Shown: positions 26,453 to 39,400 of the stretch, piece by piece
Layout of the letters: each line of letters begins with the position of its first letter
How positions within the stretch are numbered: position 1 is the first letter of the stretch
DNA from: Flectonema sp. DT1601
Taxonomy: Eukaryota
NCBI GenBank assembly: GCA_964019425.1
Contig: OZ025788.1
Location: 372,001 to 436,000, forward strand
DNA length: 64,000 nucleotides
Direction of reading: 5' to 3'
The notes under the pieces: model-generated
Told to the model about the DNA's origin: nothing
Database searches by the model: none
The model's input: the letters and a program-made list of their open reading frames with translations, nothing else
Program-made: the position numbers and the translations under genes

Positions 26453-29121
26453 ATGGCATCCAGGGGCCCACCGCGGCCTCGGCCACTCAATATATTGAAA
26501 AGCACCAGCAATAGTGGAAGTGTGGTTCCGGATCCTCCACAGGAAATGATCGTTAATGCGATAGCTGAATTGAAAAAGGGTGGATGCGAAGAAGAGTCTG
26601 TACGAAGATGTTTAGGTGTTCTTCAAGTTGTTGTTTGGAGAACAAAAGGAGATCATGGCAGTAAATGGATTGAAATGGATAAGAAAGACCCAGTCGTATC
26701 AAAACTAGAAGAAGCATGGAGACTATCACTAACAGTTGCGATATCTGGAACAAATCAAGTTTGTAGAATATGCGACCTCTTAACTAATGAACACCCATTC
26801 TGTTCAAAGACTGGACAACAACATCCAGCACCAAGAGCAATATTTCCAGAATACAGTAAATACAAAAGGTCATACATCCTTCCTGGAAAGGTTAAAGAAA
26901 TGTTAAGCACTACTTATCTAAAAGACTTAACAGATATCATGCGGAATAACATGGGTCACTTGGAGGTCTTAGTATTCGGAATGATGGTCGTGACTGAAAC
27001 GACATCACCAAAACTCGCAGTCGATGCAAACAAAAAAGAATTACTTGACTTGGGAATAATCGAAATTGTTATCGAAGCTGCAACTCGCTATACACAGATT
27101 GAAATTGTTTCTCAAGACATTTGCGCGGTTTTGAGAAACTTATTAACTCACATCCCAACTAACTCTCAATTTGAGCAACTAAAAGGATCACAACATTTGA
27201 TCAAATGCGTTAAGAAGTATCCTATGAATCAAGAACTGGTCCACCGTGCATGTGGATGTCTATTAATAATTGCTTCCAGAGGAACAGAAAGCCGACAATC
27301 ACTATTCAAGCTTGGTGTTATTCCATGTCTTGTTCAGGTGTTAAACACACCTCATGGAAGAGATCATTTAGTGAGACGTTTGGTAGTCTCAACATTTCAA
27401 AAACTTATAAAATCGATTGATAAAGGACCATTCTGTGAAGTTATGGAATCAGAAAAAGGTTTTACGATAATAAATAATTTGTATGCGACGACACAAGATG
27501 ACGACAAAGCTGGACTACAAGAAATACTTCAAATCAGAGGTGACTTACCCAGAGGTACTTTTGTTGATCCGAAAGTACTCGTCATTGATGACAAGGGTGA
27601 CATTAAGAGAGAGTCACTTGTAAAACTTTTAAAAAGTAATGAACATCGAGACTACGTTGAGGATCCACCAACACCAAAAATGGCTCCATTGGATTGGCCT
27701 GTTGCGACATGTGCTTCGCCATTGTTTCCATCACCTCCATCATTTGGAGCCACAGATTTTGATGGAGATGATGACGAGACGTTTACCAATGCAATTCATC
27801 AAAAACAAGTAACTCAAGCAAGAACTCCTGGTGGTGTTCATGTTGTTCAGAGTACACTACCTGATGTTGCTATGGCTGATGAAGACTTAGCTATGTATAC
27901 TCAGCAAACATCAGGAAATATCACCACACCTTCAACACAAGCACAGATAGAATCCGATTCGAGAGGTCTTCTAACTCATTCAATGCCTTCTGATGGAACT
28001 GCAACAGCAGCTATCGACTTTCTTGAATCAAACTTCACATCACGTGGAACCTTCGACAGAAAACCCGACTACTGTAAAAGACTATTCAGATTAATCGACA
28101 CGTTGTTAGGAACCGTTACAAATATTCTCAAAAATCAACCAAAACTAATCGACATGAGCGCTCCGGTATACGTCTTTGGTGACATTCATGGAAACTTTGG
28201 AGATCTTCACTACTTTATGAAACAATTGTTAGTATTTAACGATCCAGCTTATACTCCATACAGCTTTCTGTTTGTTGGTGATTACGTCGATAGAGGAAAG
28301 TGGGGACCAGAAGTTATGGCATACCTGTTGGCTTATAAAGTATTAGCTCCACAAGACTTTCACTTGTTGAGAGGAAACCATGAGGATGTAGTTGTGAATG
28401 GTGATGTGGAAATGTATGGTAATGGATCATTGCGTAGTCAGATTATGCAATGCTTCTCTCCAACTATGGGACCTGACGCTTCTAGTAAGTTATTTAATAA
28501 GATGAATAGTTGTTTTAAGTACTTTCCAATTTCTGCGGTGATTGACAATAAAATATTTGCAACTCACGGTGGAATTCCTCGTTTTCTTGGTGGAAGTGAT
28601 GATCGGTTAGATGTCCTTCGCGATCCTAATTTCGCAGCGTTTGAGAATTTTATCTTACCTTATGACTTGGACTTGGCAAACCCTCGCACACGTCAACACG
28701 TCTACGCTCATGACTGTATTTGGTCTGATCCTAGTGTTACAGGTGAACGACTTGATGCATTCGGATTTGGAGAATCTCAAAGAGGAGGACAAGTTGTCTC
28801 CTACGGTCAGGCAGCGATTCATCAATTCCTCGACAACACTGGACTCGAATTTATTATTAGAGGTCATGAAGAAAAGGCTGACGGTCTAAACATATCCAAA
28901 CAAGCTAGAGTTTTGACGGTGTGTTCTTATTACATGTTTAACTTCACAAGGGTTTAACTTTCCCTTATTAAATTAACACAAAACAGGTCTTCTCAACTTC
29001 TGATTATTGTGGAAAAGGAAATCGAGGAGGAGTTGCGTTGGTCAGAGGATTACAGAATGGTGACTTATTATGCAAGATGATTCATAGGGCAAAGCCTTCT
29101 GATCAAGTCTCTGCATACTAG
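26453..29121 (+). CDS. Armadillo-repeat plus PPP-family Ser/Thr protein phosphatase; exons 26453-28918 and 28987-29121
   Basis: Motifs GDIHG, GDYVDRG, LRGNHE, HGG, WSDP and RGHE. Splicing restores LTVFSTSDYCG, the equivalent of the PPP SAPNYC motif. Confidence 0.95.
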
Positions 29122-30788
29122 GATTACTATTTCTTTGTAGCATAAAAACTGATTTGTTCATTAGTCTTCTGGGGAAAAGGGGAAAAAAAAAAAAAAACTG
29201 AAAATGGAATAAAATGTGGAGGACTTTTGAGATCCTCATAGAAATTGATGTGAGACAACTTTAGTGATTGAATGAACAAAAAAAAAAAAAAAAAAATTAA
29301 AAAAAACTAGGCAGAGTTGTTTATTATGAAAACCGCAGTCAAGAGAGAGAACGAAGGGAAAAAAAAAAAAAAAAAACAGACTGGTAACTGCAACAATAGT
29401 AGTCCTTTATTGTGGACCGGAAGGTTATGGCTCCTTGATCTCGTCACCCATTTTAATTTTATTATTTTATGATTATTATTTATTATAATTTATTATTTTC
29501 TTTTTTTTGTAATTGACCTGCATTCAAAAAAAAGGAGAAAAAAAAAAGGGGGGGGGGGAAAAAAATAGCGATTTCCGTCTTTTAACTCTTTGTGAGGTAT
29601 TTGGCAATTGGGAATCACTATTTGTTTTTTTTTTTTTCCAACCGAGATTTTGTATTTTTTTCTCCCTCTAACCTCCATTCGGAATATTGTTAGCGATCTC
29701 CGAAGTGTAAGTAACGTCACTGGATGTTTTCCGGTCTTCGTTTTCTGACTGAAGTTCGGCGGAAGCAACCTGGTTTCTATCTTCCACATTTACTTTCATG
29801 TTGTTGTTGATAACTTTCTTCGTCTCAACAAGAACCGTCTGAATGCAACGTGTATCGGACCTCTTTTTCTAGCTTCCTACCTTACATTCACAACGTATGA
29901 AGCACACACACATGGTTTTTTTATTTCCCTGACTGAGATTTAATTGGCCGCCGAACGCTATGTTTAAGAATAATAAAAAAAAAAAAAAAAAAAAAAAAAT
30001 CTTTTACTTTAAAAGTTGGAAGGCCAATTTCCCTCACCTTTTCTTTTTCTTGTTCTCTCTCCTACAAAAGGGTCTTCAACACATTACAGCACACGGATGT
30101 CTATTGAAAACGTGCCATCTAAAGTGAGTTTGTATTTGTGTTATGTGTGTGTGTGTTGTGTGTGGCTTCAGTTCAGTATGTAAAGGCAACGTGGCTAGCT
30201 CGTATGTAAGTTCTCTGTTCTGGTGGAATTTCTTTTTCTTTTCCGCCCCCTTTAATAATGCGGTATTACCCCCTCCACGGAGCAGGAAAAAATATGATGA
30301 TGAGGGAGTACAAAAAAAAAAAAGAAGATATAAAAAATAATGGGAATAAAAAGTGGACAAGAAGCCATTGACACAACCCTCAAGTGACCTCCCTCCCGAA
30401 GTTAATTGTAGTTTATTATATTTTTTTGTATTGGGGTTGTTACCCCTCGGTTTTACTACATGACCCGATTCTTCCCGGAAGGAACTACCAGCCTGCGGTA
30501 ACTTGACTGAATAGGGAAAAAAAAAAAAAAAAAAAGAGGAGAATGAAAATATGTAAAAGTACGTTTAAAAAAATAATAAGACTGAGGAAAAAAAACAACA
30601 ACAAAAAAAAAAAAAAAAATCTAACAAGTGAGTAAAATATAGTGTACTATTCACTCTGATGTCACGATTTCTCATTGACATGTTGTTGTTGATATTTATT
30701 TTATTTTATTTTATTTTATTTTTTTTAAAAGAAATTAGATTTTCGATATGTCAATAAAATTGATAACAACATAACAATCCCTATCCCA

Positions 30789-32729
30789 ATGAGCAACACA
30801 ACACTAATATCAAAAGAAGAACGTCGAGTGTTAGCAGAGCAATGGGAAGAGATGGTAAGCATGCATAGGGATGTTGTTACCATTCATGAGTTGAGATCAT
30901 TAATGATGATGTGTAACGTCCAACCAATGGATCCGATAGAAGAGTATGAGCAACTACTACCAGGAAATGGGATTTCCTTAACATTTTCGGGATTTTTAGC
31001 AATCATGGAAAGTGAAAAGAAAAATTTCTTAAAACAATCTTCAACTGATACTGATCTTCACGATGCCTACACTGCTGTTGGCGGCTCATCAACAGAAGGA
31101 CACATCGATAACCAGAATGTTTTAAATGAGATTTGCAACTCTTTTGGTCTTCAACTTGACTTAGGCAACTCTGTTAGACCTGACAGGTACACATCTATCA
31201 ATGGTGAGGTAGACACGACAGGTAATGATAGTTGGAGATCGAATTCAGAACAGGGACTGTCATTCGATGATTTCACTGCTATCCTTTCATCCGGTAGCGT
31301 TGAAGAAAATGACGTTTCTAACAACAAACATAACATCAATCTTGATTGCAGTATCGTTAGAAAGTATTGTGAAGGAGTCGGATGGCAAACATCGACTATC
31401 AACGAATTGATCGAAGATTTAGATGCCGATCAAAGCGGCATCATCGACAGAGACGAAGTACTAACCGGTATTCAAAGACGTTTAAGAAAGTTACAAGCCT
31501 TAAAGGGTGGTAAATTAAAAATAAAACCATCCCCATCACCCAATGCAACAGATCAAGAACTACTAGAACACTTGGTAGTACTTTGTACTCGAATACGAAC
31601 AGTTGAATTCGAACAAGAAAGGACCAAAAAAAGATTCGCGCTGGACGAAGCATCAGTATCTCTTGCAGGTTATAAAAGCCAATATAAAAAATCAAAATCA
31701 AGATTGAGACTGACGTCCATAACAAGCAAGGTTTTATCTAATCAAACCGCGTTGTGGAATTCAGGAAAGTATTCGTCTACAGATAATAATGAAGAATCAA
31801 TCTTTTCGCCTTCTCCTCCGGAACAAAAAAATATTCTCCCGACTGATGCTTTTTCAATGTCGTGTACGGTTGAGTCAGCTATGTCTACACCATGTGGTGG
31901 ATACGGCAAATGTAAAAAGAGAAATTTCAGAAAATTAAATTTAGGAAAAAACCCACCACGTCAAAAACGATTTAAAAAAATTTTAAATTTCCATCCGGTA
32001 GCCGCGGAGTATAAAAGAAACTGTTTTAAGGAACACACAAAGTATCAGTCACAAATACGTTTAGGAATTCAGAGTACGGATCAAAGATGCAGAGGGTCAC
32101 CAGGTAACTGGGAGCATTGCGTTGATAAAAGTGACATACCAATGTATTCATTACCAATACCTACACAGTTGAGCTTACCCACATCCACAGTACCTTTTAC
32201 AAATACAAATTACCTTGGAGATGATAACGCAAACACCACTATTGACATAGAGCCATCAATCATACATCCGGGTCCTGTTGTGGATCCTGTGGTAGGTCGT
32301 AAATCTAAAGTGGGTAGTAGACCAGTCCAATTCGTAGCTTGTTCAGCCGAACGTGAAAAAATGAATAAAAAAATAGCAAAGTTCAGCAGTAATGGAAAAC
32401 CAAGGCCGCCAATTGAACGGAAACTGTTTGATCATTATTTTGGTTTTGTGCTTCCTCCTCGATATGCTGCTCAAGAGATGGTTAAAGGACAGAATGATGA
32501 GTTTCATGGTCTGATGGAATTTGTTCCAAGATCTGGACCTGTGATGTCATCGAAGTCAAAAAATCAAATTGATGAACTTCATCGACTGTCTCTCGATTCT
32601 GATGATGTAGTTGTTCCAACAAAAGCAACACGACGACCAACTCTGTCAACTAATAAGTCTTTCGACACTTCATCAATTCTGAGAAAACTCGGACTGAGAT
32701 CAGTCGACTACGATAGGAAAGGTGCTTAG
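30789..32729 (+). CDS. EF-hand-containing protein with a basic disordered C-terminus
   Basis: Canonical EF loop DADQSGIIDRDE plus degenerate calmodulin-like N-terminal hands. Confidence 0.8.
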   Translation: MSNTTLISKEERRVLAEQWEEMVSMHRDVVTIHELRSLMMMCNVQPMDPIEEYEQLLPGNGISLTFSGFLAIMESEKKNFLKQSSTDTDLHDAYTAVGGSSTEGHIDNQNVLNEICNSFGLQLDLGNSVRPDRYTSINGEVDTTGNDSWRSNSEQGLSFDDFTAILSSGSVEENDVSNNKHNINLDCSIVRKYCEGVGWQTSTINELIEDLDADQSGIIDRDEVLTGIQRRLRKLQALKGGKLKIKPSPSPNATDQELLEHLVVLCTRIRTVEFEQERTKKRFALDEASVSLAGYKSQYKKSKSRLRLTSITSKVLSNQTALWNSGKYSSTDNNEESIFSPSPPEQKNILPTDAFSMSCTVESAMSTPCGGYGKCKKRNFRKLNLGKNPPRQKRFKKILNFHPVAAEYKRNCFKEHTKYQSQIRLGIQSTDQRCRGSPGNWEHCVDKSDIPMYSLPIPTQLSLPTSTVPFTNTNYLGDDNANTTIDIEPSIIHPGPVVDPVVGRKSKVGSRPVQFVACSAEREKMNKKIAKFSSNGKPRPPIERKLFDHYFGFVLPPRYAAQEMVKGQNDEFHGLMEFVPRSGPVMSSKSKNQIDELHRLSLDSDDVVVPTKATRRPTLSTNKSFDTSSILRKLGLRSVDYDRKGA

Positions 32730-32947
32730 AATTGATACAATTATTAACATCATTTACATGGTGTTTTGATATTCTGTATTTAGTTAGCTCTTGTATAACA
32801 ATTACTTATCTACCAAACACATTCTATTCAGTACTACAACTATGATGAGATCGATGATGGGAAGTCATTAAGAATACTTATGTTTTTTTTTTGTGTTTTT
32901 CTATTTATATTTTAACAAAAAAACAGTAAAAAAAATAAATTATATAA

Positions 32948-33409
32948 ATGAGTCGCAAAATACTTCCATGCGTACCTCGAATTCTTAAACACGATCATTG
33001 TGCTATTGGAGTAAAGAATATAGAACAAAGTATAAAGTGGTATAATAATGTTTTAGGAATGAAACCATTCATGGATAAACATCCTCAATTTAGAGATAAA
33101 GACTTGGCAATGATAAAAAGAGGTGATGTTGTATTCGCGTTATTAAAACTCCCTCAGGGAAAGAAAGTAGTTGGAACTAGAGAACAAAAAGGACATTGTG
33201 CCTTGACTGTAACTCACAAAGAGATTCAAAGGATGGCTTTGGATCTTCCTGTTCTTCTTAAAGAGAATAAGATACGAAGACAGCAGGACATATCTGTTGA
33301 TCCTCAGGACTACGGGGCACAGTTGTCTCTTTTTTTTTATGACCCAGATGGAAATGAATTGGAATTAGCAGCGTGGGTAAAGGATAGTACTCCCGTAAGA
33401 TTTTCATAA
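32948..33409 (+). CDS. Glyoxalase/bleomycin-resistance (VOC) family protein
   Basis: DHCAIGVKNIEQSIKWYNNVLG, GHCAL and FFYDPDGNELEL are typical VOC motifs. Confidence 0.93.
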   Translation: MSRKILPCVPRILKHDHCAIGVKNIEQSIKWYNNVLGMKPFMDKHPQFRDKDLAMIKRGDVVFALLKLPQGKKVVGTREQKGHCALTVTHKEIQRMALDLPVLLKENKIRRQQDISVDPQDYGAQLSLFFYDPDGNELELAAWVKDSTPVRFS

Positions 33410-33509
33410 AAAAAAAAAAAAATGGAAAACAAAATAACAATTGAAGAAAAAAAAAATATTACATACCTAAATAACATATATTTTTACATCATCACAGGAA
33501 TCATCAAAC

Positions 33510-34788
33510 ATGGTGAAAACCTCAAAACCGAAGCCCAAAAGGGACAAACCCGGGCTGCGAAGGATCGGTAAGGTTCTCCGTTTACCTGAGAACACATCAG
33601 AGGCACAAATGCAGCCACCAGAGAATATGTCATCCGAAAAGGGAAGTAAGATAGCGAGAATTAAATATTATCAGAAATTGAAGCTGGAGAAAGGAATGCG
33701 AAAACTTGCGAGGAGAGAGAAGCGTCAAAAGGATCGAGAGGAGATGGGAGAAGCTGCAGTCCCAAAGGAAATACCAAAAACTCTCGATAATATGCGGGCT
33801 CCTGACGACACCTTCGTCTCTGACGACGATGAAGAAGTAGAAGCTGACGAAGCTGATGACGAGTACTTGGAATACGTCACTGGTGTCGAACCTCGCCTTC
33901 TTATAACAACTTGTCCAGATCCTTGTAAAAGAACTCGTGAGTTCTGTCAGGAATTATTATTTCTATTTCCGAATTCAGAGTACTTCAAACGTCGTGGATA
34001 TCGCATTAAGCAAATAACTCAATACGCTGTAAATAAAGGATACACTGATATAATGGTTATTGGAGATGGTGGAGGTGGTTCAAACAAAAAGCCATGTATG
34101 TGTCTATCTTTTTCTTCCTTCCTTTTCTAGCTGCGGTTGCTTATGCTCACGAGAACGCGAGCTGGGTTTGGACCGTCACAGCAATACGGAGTAGTACGAG
34201 AGGAACTCCCGCTTCTATCCCTGGTATCTACAGTTGTCCAATCGGATCATAGTCAGGGTAACGTAGCGCTGTGTCTGTTTTCCCCCTTTTTTCTTCCTTC
34301 CTTCATTCCTAAAGGCCTCTGTAACTTCTTAAGAAGGATGATAATAACACAAAACAGATTCTATGATCCTCTCTCATCTTCCACAAGGACCGACTCACTG
34401 GTACCGATTGAGCTCAGTTCAATTTCACAGTGAGATGGAGTCACCAGCTGAACGCACAGAACATTACCCACGACTAGTACTTAAGGGATTCCAAACTAGA
34501 CTTGGAAAGCGTATCAGTAGACAGTACAAGTGTATGTTTCCACAGTTAAAGGATGATTCTGGAAGAGGAGTTGCAACGTTTTTTAATCATAGAGACTTTA
34601 TCTTTGTTAGATCTCATCGATACGTCTTTGACAGCATGGAGAAGGTTAGACTTCAGGAAATGGGGCCATCATTTACAATGAGACTTCGATCAGTTCAGTC
34701 TGGGCTATTTGATCCCAGATATGGTGAATATGAGTGGTTCCGAAAGAAGAAGGAAATGGACAAATGCAGGAGAAAATTCCATCTCTAG
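33510..34788 (+). CDS. RPF1: Ribosome production factor 1 (Brix domain); exons 33510-34095 and 34358-34788
   Basis: PKTLDNMR, PRLLITT, HLPQGPT, FQTRLGKR, FFNHRDFIFVRSHRY, LQEMGPSFTMRL and RRKFHL. A phase-1 GTATGT...AAAACAG intron joins the two ORFs. Confidence 0.92.
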
Positions 34789-34934
34789 TTAATCAATATC
34801 TCTAACATAATCAAATCAGTCTCAGTGAAGATGTCAACTACATTACGAATCAGTTTGGTGAGTTTAGATGTTTGTTAATATTTCATTCAGATTCATTCTC
34901 TTATTCTCTTTAATAAAGGATACACAAATGATTT

Positions 34935-36161
34935 ATGGATTTGGAATATCTGATTCCTGCTTCACAAGAATTGATTCGAATTCTTCATGCGGCTGACATT
35001 ATTCCTTCCTTACACACCAATGATGGTCTTCGTCAAGCTATTCATCGATACGCCGTGTGGATGACAGTCTTGGAAAATATTGGAGAGGGAGCACTTGACT
35101 TGTCACCTCCAAATGATATTTTTTTTATATGGATTGTTCACAAATTAGCACCCTTGAAATACTATAATGATTGTATGCGAATTCACGGGAGACTCTTGGA
35201 CGTTCAAAGATCGGAAACATTGTTAGAAATACAACAACAAAATACAAAAGAATTATGGCCACCCGACGAACCTTGGACACTCGTAGAGAGTCTTGCCTCC
35301 CAGTCTTGCAGTAGTAGTAATACACTTTATAGTTGTGATTTATTTGCATCAGCAAAAAAACAATTTGACTTTTTATTTCAAATTTCTCGTCCGCAATTTC
35401 TAAACGAAGAATACCTCACAAGATCTTTGGATAGGTATCGCCGTTTTACTCAACTTGCAACGCAACCGGGAGGAGTGGAATTTGCAGTTCCTACCTACGA
35501 CATCGATCTAATGTGGCACTCCCATATGATAGATGTGTTGTCGTACAGAAACTATTTTCTTAACTCTGCAGGATTTGTTCTTAATCACGATGATGGAAGT
35601 TCATCACAAATAGAAAAAATTCTACTTAAAAAATACAAAGAAACTTCTGATGCCTACGAAACAACATTTAATATGCCGTACGTATTGTGTGGTTGTGAAA
35701 AAATGAGTCCAACGAGACCAACTGAATGGAAATATAAAGATTCTTTATCGGAGATGCTGTGTGAAATGATGCCGGAAATCTGCGTTGAAAACATCACAAC
35801 GTTCGGTATTAAGCAGCCTTGGTCACCTACTGGAATTTCTTTATCTATAATAAACTGTAAGGGTTTAGCGATTGATTTTTTTTCATGTGTCCTATGCACA
35901 TTTTGTGGATTCTGGGAGCAACAGTCAGACACAGTAACAATCACTCTTGGTGACTCTTCTTTATTTATTCCATTAGAGAATCCTGGTGTTCGATCAGCTT
36001 TGTTAGTGTCAACTACTTGTGGATCGTCTCTTATTATTTTAGAACCGTTTGTATCACATCCTTCAGTAGAAGTAATTGCGTGGTATCCGTTCTGTGTTGA
36101 TGATATTGGAATGTGTGCCTCTTTGTGTATTAAACTATCTGGTGTGGCTAGAACTCTTTGA
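34935..36161 (+). CDS. Glycine-rich-domain-containing-protein-like (GRDP/DUF1399) protein
   Basis: Duplicated motifs PPNDIFFIWIVHKLAP..Y and VPTYDIDLMWHSHM...LNHDD. Confidence 0.85.
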   Translation: MDLEYLIPASQELIRILHAADIIPSLHTNDGLRQAIHRYAVWMTVLENIGEGALDLSPPNDIFFIWIVHKLAPLKYYNDCMRIHGRLLDVQRSETLLEIQQQNTKELWPPDEPWTLVESLASQSCSSSNTLYSCDLFASAKKQFDFLFQISRPQFLNEEYLTRSLDRYRRFTQLATQPGGVEFAVPTYDIDLMWHSHMIDVLSYRNYFLNSAGFVLNHDDGSSSQIEKILLKKYKETSDAYETTFNMPYVLCGCEKMSPTRPTEWKYKDSLSEMLCEMMPEICVENITTFGIKQPWSPTGISLSIINCKGLAIDFFSCVLCTFCGFWEQQSDTVTITLGDSSLFIPLENPGVRSALLVSTTCGSSLIILEPFVSHPSVEVIAWYPFCVDDIGMCASLCIKLSGVARTL

Positions 36162-36421
36162 GAACACTGCTGACTAATCCTTCGGTAGAAGACCGACATT
36201 TTATACCATTGTGGTGACGTGATTTTATGATTATTTCTTCTCAACAGGAAAGTCTACCAACGAATGAAATTCGAACCTCTCAGTTAATCATGTGTAAGAA
36301 CGAATCGTATGTAGTCTTTTGGAACAGCTCTCTGAACCTTTTCTTTTCAGGAGGAAGGGGCTGGGGGGGAAGGAAACCGACACATCTACAAGAAAAAAAA
36401 AATATTAAAAAATAAATAAAA

Positions 36422-39400
36422 ATGAAATTCAGACCCCTTGTAGTAATCTCACTGTTGGTGCTTTACACCATCGTACTGTTAACGGCAATGCAAAGAATTA
36501 ATCTCGTTGATCAACAGGCTCCTGTTGTTCAAAAGCTTCAAGACGAAACTGCAAGAAGTAAAGAAATAAAGAAACGTATTGAAGATAGTCAGCAGCTCCT
36601 GAAGAATGAATTCTCACAGGAATTGCAAGAACTCCGACGTGAGATTAGTAGTCTTCGAGACAGAGATGTTGAAAAAACGAAAGCCTATAACGAGACAATC
36701 GTGGGACTTGAGAAAAAGATTCAAATCCTAAACGGGAACATTACCTCCACTTACGACTTTGCGCTTCGGGCGCGAATAGTAGCGGATGTTGCGAATAATA
36801 AATTATTATCATTGCCAGAAGAGATTAAAAGGAAATTTGCGACACCGCCTCCACCTGGTGTTACGATAGGACTCCCACCAGGTCGTGGTGGAAAGACTCC
36901 CATGCCAGTACCAAATCCAGTGTGCCAACAGAAGTTAGATCAACTAAAGGCTGAGCCATATGATTGGCTTTCATTTGGTCTTGAAACAAGTAGAGGTGAA
37001 CCTGTACGACCAGTAGATGTTACTGCTGGAACTTTAGTGTTAGCTGTTGCAGTTAATTCTACAATGCAACAATGCCTTCAAATATCAACTTCAGCTATCG
37101 ATTTGGATCCTTACATTGAACAGCATCGACTTAAAGTAAACCCTCCCAACTCACCATGTGATAAGAAACTTAGAGAACGATTATCAGCAATGTTTGGAGA
37201 GCCAACAGATCCACATTCAGATGTTTGGTATATTGTGAGTAGTAGAAAGTATGGATCTAATGGTTGGCTTATGATTCAGATTAGACCAAGAAAGGATTTC
37301 CCAACTGATAGGGATTTCAGTGCTGAGTTTAGTTTCCCAGTAGAGTGTTTTAGAATTCTACCAACGAACGGATTAGATGTTCCTACGAAACGAATTCACA
37401 TCAAATCTGACATCACACCGACAGTAAAGTTAGCAGGTGACCTCCGTGAAGGTCTTCATGACGGAGTACTTGCTGATGGAGGTCGATTAGGTACGTTGAT
37501 TGCAACTCATGGATTGCCTTGGAAGTTTGAAGACCCAAACTTTCAACAAGGAATACGAAGATATTTAAGCGATACTTTCGGTGAACCTGATGCTGGAAGT
37601 AATGATGCCATCTTACGGGGATGGGATAAGAGTACTCTTAGTTTTGTATTAGCACCTCGTCAAATATCAACCCATCAAAATGGTATTCGTGAACTTAGCT
37701 GTTCTGATGTACCAACAACTCTTTTAGAACACTCTTCACCTGTTAAAATTATTGAAAAGATTCAAATTGAGGACGTTATTACTCCTTTTTCTGAACTAAC
37801 ATCTGATTTACTTCCAAAGATAGCTGCTTCTGATTTCGTTAAGGGTGGTGGTCGTTTGAGTTTTAAGTTATTCGCTGGCGTGTTCTTTCAAACAAAAGAA
37901 ATCTTATTCCCGCTATTACAAGAGGAACTCAATAGAGTCTACGGACCAACTTCTGGTTCAACAGATGAAATTAATATCGTATCTCCAATTGAGTTAGAAA
38001 TAACACTTGGACAACGTACCATAAACGACATGCCGTGGTTGATTCCAAAGAACGATGAAGCAAAAACACATTCGGTGTTGCGTTTAGTGTTAAATCCAAG
38101 AATGTTATTACAGACAGCATCGAATTGTCCATCAAAATGTTTTAAGGCGGGTCTTTCTGGTTGTACTTATCATCAATACGTCCCAAGTGTGACAGACACT
38201 CAAGCGGAAGGCATCGCTCCGTTCCCTGCTGTTACTGTAATCTTACCGAAGAAAGATGAAACAAAACCAGATTTAATATTTAAATGGGCAGTGATAGGAG
38301 CAGGACCATCTGGAACAAACGGCATGGGTCGCGTCTACGATCAAATGAATGGTTCTAACTCTCAAATTCTTTGGGTAGATGAACGCGGTTTCAAAGTAGG
38401 ACGATTAGAAGGTTATCACGACGTTCAGAGTATGAATCCTTGTTCTGATTTCCTATCATATATGAACGACTATAATTGTTTTAAAAACTTTCCACTTGGA
38501 GAATCAAAGAAACCACTCGAAGCTTATGAAATGAATAAAAAACATTGTCGTTTAGGATTCTTATCTGAACCTCTCTTGAAGGCAACACACTTGATCAGAA
38601 GTCAGATCGTCAGTATTACTGGAAGAGTATCTGATATGCATAAAGTATGGTACAACTCTACTAATCAAACAAATCAAAATACATCATCTGATTTTGTTTG
38701 GTCACTAAGAATAGGAAATAGTGATCCAGTGTGGGTCACTGATGGAATCATCGTAGCAATTGGTGCTGATCACGCTGCTGCTCAGTATCCATCAAATGTG
38801 ACTAATGATGATATTCCGACTGAAATACCATTCACGACAGCTCTTAATCCTGGATTGATGCGTTCTTTTATCAATTCAAACTCGCAAAAATCTCGCAACC
38901 CAAATGGAAAAAAACACGTCTTAGTATTTGGTGCTGGTCCATCAGGCGTGGTTGCTCTTCATAATTTAGCGTTGTCACCTGAGGTTGGACGTGTTACTCA
39001 TGTTGCGAAGTTCTTTAGGTCTGAGTACACTCAATTGATACCTCCTAAGCCAGATGGTACCTTACTGAACTTGACTCGTAGTGTCTACAATAGTAAGAAT
39101 GTGACTGACTTGTTTCCTGATGCTGATTTTGTAGTTCAATGCGTTGGTTGGAGATTCCCAAAGTTTCCTTTCAACGGATCACTCATGCCGACTGGTAAAT
39201 CTCAATCAACTTACGTCAGTCCAAAATTATTTAACATCGGAGTGAGGCATTCTCCTGGACAACCAAAAGCTCAATTATTCTTTATATCACACTTAAGGTC
39301 AAGTAGTAGGCCGCATGCTAATTGTGCGAAGAATAACTCTGAGTGTATGACTCGTTTGATTGCACCCTTCCCTGAAGACTTACAAGATCCAAATAAGAAT

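Noticed and set aside
35654..36244. 196-aa minus-strand ORF
   Set aside because: Antisense shadow of the GRDP-like gene with no motif
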